Shown here one piece after another: positions 11,401-21,986 of a stretch of DNA of 64,000 bases. The translations under genes were made by a program, and so were the position numbers. Under the pieces are notes generated by a model, which was given only the letters and a program-made list of their open reading frames with translations, had not been told where the DNA came from and ran no database searches. Source of the stretch: Klebsormidium nitens (Eukaryota > Plantae > Klebsormidiophyceae); contig DF237135.1 of the NCBI GenBank assembly GCA_000708835.1, positions 62,001 through 126,000 of the forward strand. Reading direction: 5' to 3'. Every line of letters starts with the position of its first letter. The stretch's first letter is position 1.

Positions 11401-11968
11401 AAGGAGTCATTGACCACATTGCATTTTGTAAGGTGGAAGATGTTGGGACATCTCTATATAACTCTGAACAAGGGAGAAGAGGTCAATCTGTATATGAGGC
11501 TGGACAAGGGGAGAAGAGGTCAATCCGTTTGTTCTATAAGTACAGGTGTTGTTCCTTAGACCATGAAAGCAATCAACGGGGTAGAGATTAGCGCTATATG
11601 AGAGCTTTGATCAGGCTGAAGACTGAGAGATCTTGGAGCAAGACAAATCCTGAGAGCTTGAACAAAGATCCAATCAGCTTTGTGAATCTGAAGTGGCTCA
11701 ACCACTTTGTCCGTCAGAAGAACGATGCACCGTTCAGATTACTTACAGATCTGTCCATCAGTGTGCACCCGAAGTCAAAGCACAATGCACCTACTTGGAG
11801 AAAGAAAGTAATCGATCAAAGGACAGCTTGACACTTTCAAAAAGTGTGGAGCGAAGAGGCACTAATGGAGATTGGTACTCACTTGCAATACCGTGTTGCT
11901 AAGGCTGCTTCTTTTAAAGAAGCAAGGGCTTCTCGAAGTTCATTCCATGACAGCGTCTGGCTAGCCAT
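8488..11968 (-). CDS. ARM-repeat protein with N-terminal four-helix-bundle-like region and central coiled coil
   Basis: Exons 11968-11884, 11353-10555, 9591-9049, 8778-8488, GT-AG and in phase. ARM repeats include GGLRPLVHLL, YGGIPPLVDLLRAG and HGAVPLLVGLL. A Q/E/R-rich heptad segment lies in exon 3. The start codon could be slightly further upstream, since the frame is open to an acceptor near 12001. Confidence 0.85.
11468..11525 (+). repeat. Short direct duplication in an ARM-gene intron
   Basis: acaagg(g)gagaagaggtcaatc occurs at 11468-11488 and 11504-11525. Confidence 0.8.
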
Positions 11969-12695
11969 CCTTCCGAGCAGGCTTTTGAACTGGCCCGCGC
12001 CCTGTTAATGCAACAGCTCCCGCAGGAGCAGCACTATCTTAATCAAATTGAAAATGGCACTCCAGCGAAGCTGTGGCCAGAAAGAACCTAGAGCGCTCTA
12101 CTTGCTTCTGCGCCACCATGCCACTGCCAGCCTGGCTGGCGCCAATTTTCAGTTCTCATGAACTCCAGTGGCGCCTGACCAGCGCCAAGATGCCCGGAGC
12201 GACGCTCCTCCGAGCACATTAACAGTGCACTTCAGGTTTTTTCATACTCCTGGTACGGGGCTAGCGGGGCACCGAGGGCTAAGAGAAGTGAACCCTAACT
12301 TCGGTGTCACTGTTAGGGTTCCGGCAATGTGCAGCTTGCAGCGAAGAAATGGAAGAGAAAGGGCACAAAAACCTGAACTTGAAGTTGAAAGTTGCTTGCA
12401 TAGCAGCGTGTGCAGAACTCTCCTCTTCAATGACTTCATTCAATGTTTCAGTCAAGCACGCGCTCTTTACTATATTCCCTCTTTGAGCTGTCCGTGAGTG
12501 GCATGACTCCCAGCCCCCAAAGCACAGTTCTCACTAATACCGGGGAAGTGGAAAGAGGGTGCAGGCGCTGAGAATCAGAATACAGGTTTTGGAGACACAC
12601 TTTTCCAATGGTCATGCTGCCCCATATTGTTGCAATAGCGATACTTCAAGTTACTAAGGAGGGAGGCCGCAGGAGGTGGTGGCAACCTGAAGGCG

Positions 12696-14852
12696 ATGGC
12701 CCTTGACGAGAAGGGCCAGCGGCTGAAGCATGCAAAACTTGAGGTAAGAGCGTGCCCAGTTTGCGCAGGCTGAGAAGTCAAGGTGCCGAAAACATACAGG
12801 TGTTCAGTTGCAGGTGGTCGCATGCACCACCATAATATGTAACTTGATGGTCCTCGCTGCTTTGGTAAGCACAGGTCTCTTCCAACATGACTTCTTGGCC
12901 TGCTCCTAGACGTGTAAGAAGCTGCTTTTCTGGATCCAAGCAGCCTCGGGAGCTCAAGCTGTTGACGTGCAAGGTAGTCTTCTCTATGAAATTGGCGTTT
13001 GAAAGCTTAGGCCAGGAACTCTGGTGGTCTACTTTTGGCGGGATGCTATGTAAGAGGATGAAATAGTACGTCAGCTCAACGGGTTCATATTGTAATGCTG
13101 CAGAGCTGATCTTCCGCACATTCTTTGAAGCTTTTTGAAGGCCCCTGTCTTTGCTCAATTGTCAGCTTTCTGTTGCCTCCCGGTAGTGATTCCTGACTCT
13201 TACGAAATCCAGCTGGAATTGCCCTTTTGTGCCCCATGGTGCACTCTTAGCCGGCGCACTGCCCCCCATTGAGCCCCTGTTGCCACCTTGTGCAGACAGA
13301 GCTCCGTTATCTGGAAGACCTCTACACCTTTGCTGTCAAGGAGCAATTGCTCCCAGCTCCGTCCACCGGTCTGAGAGCCAGCCGGAATTCAGTGCACCCA
13401 AAACCGGACCGCCAACCAGTCGGCAAAAGCGGTGCCGACACTTTCCCCTGTGCGCTGCATGCTGGTCTTCCATGGATACGGATAGAGGACCAGCGGGGAA
13501 TCTATTTCCGGGGTAAGCAAACCTAGCCCTGTGATTCGAGGGGTTTAATCAAGCTGATAAAGTTCCTACCTTTCCATTTCAGGAAAGGGTTGAATGTTCT
13601 GCCAGGCGATTTTGGCAACAAATGGAATGAAAGGGATCAACTGACACGAGCGAAGGGGAATTGAATCGGAAAAAGCTTGAAATCGACTCACGTCCTCGTC
13701 TTTATGCGTTTCTGTCTCGAAAAGAAACAAAGGGCTGGCACTGCATTTTGTGACGACGCCAGCAACTGGTCCGCATCAGCGAAGAGTAGGGGTCAGATCT
13801 GGAATCATGTTGACTCGGGACGTGTCCTCAGAGCTGTCTTGTGCAAGTGTCTGCACCATCACTGGCTATCAGGCGCTACCCACACAATGTGTCCTCTCTT
13901 CCAACCAAGAGCTGTAGACCGGCTCCTTTAAGTAAATCATTCAAGCGGAAAGTCTAAATTGAACAAGAACAAACGGCAAACCTTTTGAGCTGCCAGTCAA
14001 ACCCTTCCACAAGTGTACCGTCCCATTCATTTGACAGGGCTGGCAATTTGCCGGATGCTCACAGCCAGCGGCCGCCAAGCAATTGAGCTTCTTCAGCAGC
14101 GTTCTTGGAAATGGGCTTTGGACAGAATGGGCGAGATGCCTTGCCACAATGAAGAGATTACGTCGATGATTGTTTGTCCCTTTCAGTCGTCTTTGCCCTT
14201 GCCATCTTGACTGCCAGCCGCGTAACGCCAACGTGGATGGATTGCCGCTCTAGGAACTGTAATGCGGCTTCATAATTATCCTTCGGTCCGACAAAATTTC
14301 GGGGACATTAGTAAGGAAGAGGGAGCTCGACGGTGGGCTGACCACATATAAATTGGGTTCGAAGTACATGTCTCTCGTAATGCATCGTTGTTACTTTGCA
14401 GTCGTCCCAAGGGGCATCATTGATTCGATTCTTCTTGTAAGGGTCTTGGCTGGCGAAGAACTAGAGTCGTTTGTTGGGCTTCGTCCATCTGCTGGGAGGA
14501 CAAAAAGACGCATCTCAAAGTGAAACCTTGGTCACAGCCGATTCCAATCATAATCATACTCAAGAATGGGATTCTTACGCAGGCTGTGGTTTGCCTCCGT
14601 GCAGAATACGAAGTGGTCGACCAAGGACAAGGGTACTACCGGCTTCCGATGTCAAAATTCCGTGCTGATCCATTACCGGTGCGTTCCAAGCAGAGGTGGT
14701 TGTGAGCCTTTCGTATGAGGAGGAGTCCGATCGGGTTCCAGGAACTTGAGTTGGTAAAAAGCAGGCACCAGAGATTCATTTACAGCGCGCCAGGGCATGT
14801 GGTGCCTGCCGCCGGAGCAATCCTGAGGCTCCCAGACAGCATGATAGAGTAG
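12696..14852 (+). CDS. Hypothetical protein, probable 5-exon gene (about 183 aa), no family recognised
   Basis: Candidate exons 12696-12743, 13296-13512, 14038-14161, 14583-14678, 14786-14852 join in phase with GT-AG sites (MALDEKGQRLKHAKLE-TELRYLEDLY...IYFR-GLAICRML...-LWFASVQN...IHY-RAPGHVV...MIE*). One donor (14162 gtcgat) is weak and no homology was recognised. Confidence 0.45.
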
Positions 14853-15943
14853 AAGCTACTGAAATGCGTGCGATATGTGGCGTTTGCTTTAGTTGATTCC
14901 TCGACGCTGATGAATTCGAAACGACTCACCGATCACTTGAAAATCGGGCCCAGAATGCGGGCTTACTGCGCCGGGTGCTTGCCACCCTCCTGATTAGATT
15001 TCTTTATATTCCAATTTTGCGGTCCAAACGCCTTTCGGTAAGTCAAATTTGGCTGCAAGCGAGCTGATAACGGGCTGATAACGTACATATAGAAGTTGAT
15101 CGTGTGTTCCCCGAACAAGCTTTTCACAAGGATATATGCAGTTGATTGCATTGACCGGTGCAGCAATATTAGAATATTTTCGGCCGCACAGCCTGCAGGC
15201 TACGCCTTTCAAACATACGTTGATACGTGGTGTTGTTTTTTAAACACCTGCTGATTACGGCGTCGCGGAATAATCAGTGTGAATGGGCCTCGATCACTAA
15301 TTCAAAGCGCGCTGCCAGCCCGTTCATTGATCTGGAGCTGCCTACATATTTGCAATTCAGAGATCAAATGCTGAATTGTTGTCTCTGTATCTCTGCAACA
15401 CGTGGTTTGGCTCACCAACCAACCAACCGACCAGTCTGGCCTGGTATCGAAGTGAGCTGAGGAACTTGAGTTAGTACTAGGTACCTACGTCCCCTAAATG
15501 CTCGATCCCTGCTGCGCGGGCCCGCAGCTTCACTTCGCGCACCCGCTCAGCTGCAGTGCCACTTGATGGGCTGAGCGGCCGCGTGCCGGCCTACAAAACT
15601 CTTCCGACAGTGCGCGCGCACTGCCCGCGCTTGGGACTGACGTGCTTCGCGATCATGCACATGAGAAGTTGGCGCCAACTCGATCCATTGATGTTGAAGC
15701 TAGTAGTATAGGAGAAGCCAGACGTTGTGAAAGGAGAAGCCAGAGAAGCTGAAAAGCGCCAATCCGTCTGAGATCTGGTTCTGTCCGTGTCTGGAAGCTC
15801 AGTATTCAGCGTCGTAGTGCTTACTTCTTGGACCGTCTGGCCTGCCGGAACACGAATTTCAGTGGTCGAGCGGACTCGCAGGAATAGCATTGCATAGCAA
15901 TACGGTGCAAGCACTGTCTCAAGTTGCATTGCCCGCTCCATTG

Positions 15944-18900
15944 ATGGCCCTCTCCAAAGCAGGGCCCCTGCTATGGTCACCGGCAAATGTTTCTTGCCGA
16001 TGTCTGAAAGGGGAGTCTTCAGGAGGTCAGATCTTGCAAACCCAAGGATTCAGACTGCTGCATCGGCCATGGTTTCACAAAACTTCAATCAATCCTCAAC
16101 TGCCAAAACGTGGCTCCTTTCTTACGACCTCAGCACTGCACACTGGTGAAAACCTGGTTTTTTCACCACCTCAGCGACAGTGGACCCGTCAAACTTCCCT
16201 TGACGGCAAGGATGGTTATGCGCGCGGCCGGGCTGTTCAGACGAGGGCAGCTGCAGATGATAAAGTTGGGCTTGATGACGATGAGGTGAGGGTTTTATGT
16301 CGCTGCAAGTCTGACTTCTTGAAAAGGTATGCACTGCAAGCCTTACTTGCGGCATAGTGCCACAAAAGATCTGCCAAGTCCTCAGATACCACTTCCGAAT
16401 TAAATGGGAATTGTGCTCTGGGAATGCTGCACAATATGCAAACTTTGTCATCCTTGGACTTACTACTTCATTCAGATTAATTGGAGGAAGTTACCCTGTT
16501 TTGACCACCCATCTGTTTAGTAACAAAAGAGGCAAGGTGAAGTGCTTCTGATTGAGCTCTCAACAATTGATAAGAGTCCTTGACGTCAGTGAATAATTAA
16601 CGAGGCGGCAACAGAGAAATTCTCGACAAGGAGTTGTCATTATGGCATTCCTGTCTCGCTAGCCTTCGTTTGACGACGCACTTGCACTCAAAGCTGATTG
16701 CAAGCTTTACTACCAGGTGCCCATTCATAATCAAGTCAGTTGTAAAGGAGTGCAAGGAAGGGTCCCAGTGAAACCAGCAAAACTTGAAGCAGCTGCAGGT
16801 ATTGGGAAGATTGAGCAGCCCGACATTTCCTGCAGGATGAGGAATACTACAACAGTGGCACGCTCGGGGGCTCCTGCGATCCTCTTTGTTCCGTAGATGA
16901 GACCAGCTCTGAAGACTACCAGCTTGGGGCGAAGAACGCAAAGTCCGACATTGTCAAGGCTGTTGCTATCGGCGCAGCTGTGTGTGTTGGCGCTGGCGCA
17001 ATCCAGCATTCATGGGTGGCAGAACATCAGGTCAGTATGACAGAGACTGACCTTCGTGACCCATCTCTGGCGGTGACCGTTCCCTCTGATCCATATTGTG
17101 ACAAGTTTGCTTGACTGTCCAGATTTTTTGCAATCCCGTTTGATGCCTTTGTCCTGAAGTGAGTACCTGTCTGATTCCATCCGATGGAGAATCAATTCAA
17201 TTGTATTAAGAGCTGGGGGGCACTTCTTTTGAGTTTCATTGAACATCTGGAATGTCCATCTTAAGGTGCATGGTTGGCGTCTGGATTCAGTTGAACGAGG
17301 CAAACCGTACGAAACCATGCGGCCCGCTGGAGCATTTTGTGGCCTGCTCATCAAATTGCAACAAAGACTGATGTGTAGCAGTGTGTAGCTCGACAACATT
17401 TGAGCGGGACTTTGCCCAGTCATGTTAGTTGTTGTTTGATCCCAAGCATCTCTATTCCAAGCTGATGGTGTCATCTTGAGGGACCGTCATTGCAACTACC
17501 TCCTTTCCCCATGTTTGCACATATTGACGCGCTCCTACAATGCAAATTGTTCCCACCAAACCATCTGTCATCTAAGATTATTCAGCCCGGACCAAGAGAC
17601 AGGCCACAAGCTCGTACAGGAAGATCATTCACACCGATCTTTGTTTACAGGACCTGGCCATGGCCCTGGTGTTCATTGCTGGCTACGCGGGCATCATCTT
17701 TGAGGAGTTTTTCTCGTTCAACAAGAGCGGCGTTGGCCTCGTCATGGCCGTCAGTCTTTGGACGATCCGGAGCCTGGCCTCCTCGGATAATGCCGGGATA
17801 GAGCTCAGAGCACAGGTGAGCAACTGTGCACAATGCGCTCCCTGCTCAACAGAATCGGGACTCTGCGTTTTTTATTCTTGACCCGCTCTTTCAGAGGTCG
17901 GGCCCGTTGATGGTGTGTTGACCTCCTACTCGACAAAATAATCCAGAACGGCACTTTTGATCTTGTGGCCTGGCCCGCTAAAGCTTGGCACCTCTTCCCG
18001 TTTGGAACGCTTGGATTGTCCACTAGATCTGCTTAGTCCTTTGGCCTCCACCATTGGCCTTTTTAATTTCATGCGATGCTCGAGTGTCCGGCCCAGTTCC
18101 ACGGAGTCCGGACTGGATCATACGCCCCTGGTTCGACCGCCAAGCCTTCTTGGGGAATCTCTTTCTGCTCAGTGCTGGCGGTCCGAAACTGTGCCGCCGA
18201 ACCTCAGTAAGGAAGTCTTCACTGGGGCCCTCCACCTCCTCCCCACCTGCGGGTGAAGGTGAACTGCAAATCCGGGTTACTTCCACCATTCTTGGATGAA
18301 AGCCTCGACACCTCTCCGCGCAGGGCGAGCAGGTGAGCGAGATCGTGTTCTTCCTGCTGGGCGCGATGACGATCGTGGAGATTGTGGACGCGCATCAGGG
18401 GTTCAAGCTGGTGACGGACAGCATCAACACGTCGGACAGCAAGGTGCTGCTGTGGGTGCTGGCCACCATCACGTTCTTCCTCAGCTCCATCCTGGACAAC
18501 CTCACCACCACCATCGTCATGGTCTCGCTCCTGCGCAAGCTCGTGCCCGACCCCGAGCAGCGCAGGTCAGCACGCCGGGGTGTCCCGCCCTGGGTTCTTG
18601 CTTAACTTGGTCTTGATGTTCGGAAGTGTCGATAGCTGCGATTGGTTACGTCTTTCTTTGGTACCCGTCCTGAGTTGACGGAACGTCGTGAGTGCATGGG
18701 GTTCCCCAAAAGGGGTGAGGACCACGAGGAGTGTGTAGCGCTATGGCAGCGAGGTTTGATTTTCGAATTAAGGATATACCACGTGGACATGTACTTCTTG
18801 TGAAATCGAGGGCATGCTTAAAAATCAAAGTGTCGGAACTGACCTTCGAGAGCTGAGACGACCGTAAACATCCTGGTTGGAAGAATAGTCGAGCGGGTGT

Positions 18901-21900
18901 GCTGTGCGTTTTGTTGTAGATGCCATCGGGGGCGGAAAAGTTTCAAAGACCGTCTCACTTTGTTGCATCTCAAAACCCGACGACGCGACTAAGAGCGGCT
19001 ATTGTCACTCCCCTCGATTCGCGACATCAGTTCTGGGGTGGCAGACTGGATGTGGCGTCATTCCAGAGACGCGAGAGCACGCCTCATTATTTGACATTTG
19101 CTCTCGCAGGTTTTACGGAGCCGTTGTCGTGATTGCTGCCAATGCTGGCGGTGCATGGACTCCCATTGGTGACGTCACTACAACCATGCTGTGGATCAAC
19201 GGACAGATTACCACCTTTGCAACTATGAAGGTGAGCCGCTCCGAAGAGCTTGATCAGTATTTTCAGAGCTGTTGGTGGAACATGAAGCAAGCATCTCTGC
19301 ACACTTATCGCTGGCAGCACTGAAAATCCCTGAACGGCATGCAACCGTCAGACTGAGGATGTAGGTCGCCTCAAAGGTGTGCGTGCTTTGAATTCTCAGA
19401 TTGGAGCCTCTGATTGCGAATGTTGGTCTGCTCCCAAGTCTTGCGAGCCTTCGCGAAGGGAGTCTGCACGCCGTCCCCCATGCAGAATCATTCGCACGTA
19501 ATTCTCAGCTCTATGGTGACTGGATTCTTAGGTTCGAGTTGGCCAGAACGGGCATGCAGACGGCATCAGTTGTCAGGCAATCTCTGACTCCCAGTAGCGA
19601 CGCTGCTGCCTGACATCCAGTCGTAGGGTGGCGATATCCAGTGCTCTCATGCCCCTCTTTCCATCGTTTGCAGGATCTCTTCCTCCCGTCCTTCGTCTCC
19701 CTGGCCCTTCCTTTGGTGTTGATGACCTTCAGCAGGTGAGCCACACCGGCGCACCTCCTGGTGTTCACTTCAGCTTCGCGCACCAGAAGGAGACACGAAG
19801 AGAGGACTGAGCATCGCAACATGCTGCGCTTCCAAGCACTTGATTCAGGACTGTGCTTCAGTTTTCACAAAGCCATTGTCAAGCCTGTTCTTTGCTGACC
19901 GTCTTCCAGCCCACTATGAATACCGCAAACGGAGGGCAGAAGCACTGAGCACTCGTCCAAATCAGACGTTGACGGCTGACTAGACGGCAGACACACCGCA
20001 GAACAGCCGAAGAGCATCAAGAATCTTGCCACCCTCGTCTAGGTCGCTCCGTCCGCTAACCGCTCTTTCCGCTTTTCCGCTCGCAGCGACGCGCTGCAAG
20101 AGAAGGAGTCGCGCAAGTCGTTCATCATGAGCGAGGAGGCGATGGCCCCGCGCGGCAAGCTGGTGTTCTTCGTGGGCCTGGGCGCGCTCCTCTTCGTGCC
20201 CATCTTCAAGTCGCTCACCGGCCTCCCGCCCTACCTCGGCATGCTGCTCGGCCTCGGCGTGCTCTGGGTGCTCACCGGTACGGACTGCTGAGACGTTTTC
20301 TTCCGTTCTTTTCTGCCGTGAGGCGTAAAGGTGTCGATCTAGAAGTGACCTACGAGGACTTGGTTCATTCTCTTTCCTGGAGGAGAGTCGGGCCTGTTTG
20401 AAAGAGAGTAGGGCCTGTTGGAAAGAGAGTCGGGCCTTTTCGAGGGAGAGCCGGGCCTGTCTGAGGAGAGTGGTATAACGGCAGGGTCTTACGATGTCTG
20501 TCTGGTTGTGGACAGCATAGGTGCAGAGGTGCTCCTAGATGGATGGGAACTTCAAAACAGGATACGAATTGGATGCCGCTTGAAAAGCCAGTCTTCGTTC
20601 GACCCTTAATCTCTGTTTGACTGGTGCGACAGCATGGATGCAAGTTAGCGCAGTGAACTGTGCTGAGTCCTCGAGCTCCCATGTGATTTAATCGCAGCGC
20701 CTCAGCGCTGCTCGCAATCTGGGAAACTGGTTTGGTGCTGAACACTTCGCGCTGTGTGTCTCAGACGCTATCCATTTGGGAGAGGACGACCGGCAAAAGC
20801 TGAAAGTGCCGCAAGCGCTCAGCCGCATCGACACGCAGGGGGTACTCTTCTTCCTTGGCATCTTGCTGTCCATCTCCAGGTGAGCCGCATGCGTCCACCA
20901 GAATGATCTCTAGCGAGCGTTGCCGCCGTCTGTTTAACCTACGGCCCTTCTGCCTGACATGGTCAGCTCCTCCGTTTGAACATCTCGTGCTCCACGGAAC
21001 GCTTATGACGGTGCGCTTCGACCTACTGGAAACGCAACTCTTCTTAGAAATGATTCCCGACGCGTCCTCAGAGTCTGCAGCTTTGACGCAGCGGATCTGC
21101 TCAAGGAGTCGGCCACCTTCTCTCGTAACGGGTCCCGCCCAAAACGTAATCTTGAATGGTTCCGCCCATTCCGCTGTTCCGTGCAGCCTGGACGCAGCGG
21201 GCCTGCTGAAGGAGCTGGCGACCTTCCTGGACGAGCACCTGCCCAACGTCGACGTGGTGGCGACCGTGATCGGGTTAGCGTCCTCAGTTATTGATAACGT
21301 CCCGCTCGTGGCAGCGACACAGGGGATGTACTCCATGCAGCAGTACCCCGTCGACGATCGCCTATGGCAGCTCATAGCGTATTGCGCGGGCACCGGGGGC
21401 TCGATCTTGGTGATTGGGAGCGCGGCGGGGGTGGCGTACATGGGCATGGAGAAGGTCGACTTCTTTTGGTACCTGAAAAAGGTGGGCGAGCAAGACACGT
21501 GGCACACTCTTGATGTTTTAATGTATTCGAAAAGCTGGTGGGGAGGGTGGTGCTTTGCAAGGACTGTCTTTCAAGCCGAATTTGCCCGAAAATTCTCAGA
21601 ATGAAGACTCCCTGGAAAGGGAAGATGGACCTTTCGGCTCTTCAAGCCGGTTACGAGCCGAGATTGCCTCAGGGAGAGGTGCATTGGCGCCTCAATCAAG
21701 CACGACGCTTTCTGTATGTTCTCTAAGAATATGGCCTTTTCTTGACGCCCAGAAGCGTTCTGCCTCGCTTGACTTCTCCGTCGCTCCTTGTAGGCTTTTG
21801 TTTCGCTACGATAATCGGCTCCACTTTTATGCATCATACCAGTGTTGTCGGGTTGCCTTGCAGATTAGTCCCTTCGCCTTAGCCGGCTACATGGCTGGCA

Positions 21901-21986
21901 TCGGAGTCTACCTTCTTCAAAATCAACAGGGGGTCGACCTTCCAAGCATACCTGCAATGCTCCCCTTGATTCCGGGACTTGGCTAG
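15944..21986 (+). CDS. NHD1: Plastid Na+/H+ antiporter, NhaD family, 10 exons
   Basis: Exons 15944-16285, 16836-17030, 17651-17815, 18324 (or 18333)-18565, 19110-19230, 19674-19735, 20087-20277, 20765-20879, 21187-21481, 21864-21986. Transit-peptide-like N-terminus. Motifs GSCDPLCSVDE, FNKSGVGLVMAVSLW, DNLTTTIVMVSLLRKL, AANAGGAWTPIGDVTTTMLW, IDNVPLVAATQGMY, CAGTGGSILVIGSAAGVA. Confidence 0.95.
20383..20471 (+). repeat. Intronic minisatellite, ~21-bp unit x4
   Basis: Degenerate copies of gagagtcgggcctgtttgaaa start at about 20383, 20404, 20425 and 20446, inside an NHD1 intron. Confidence 0.85.
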
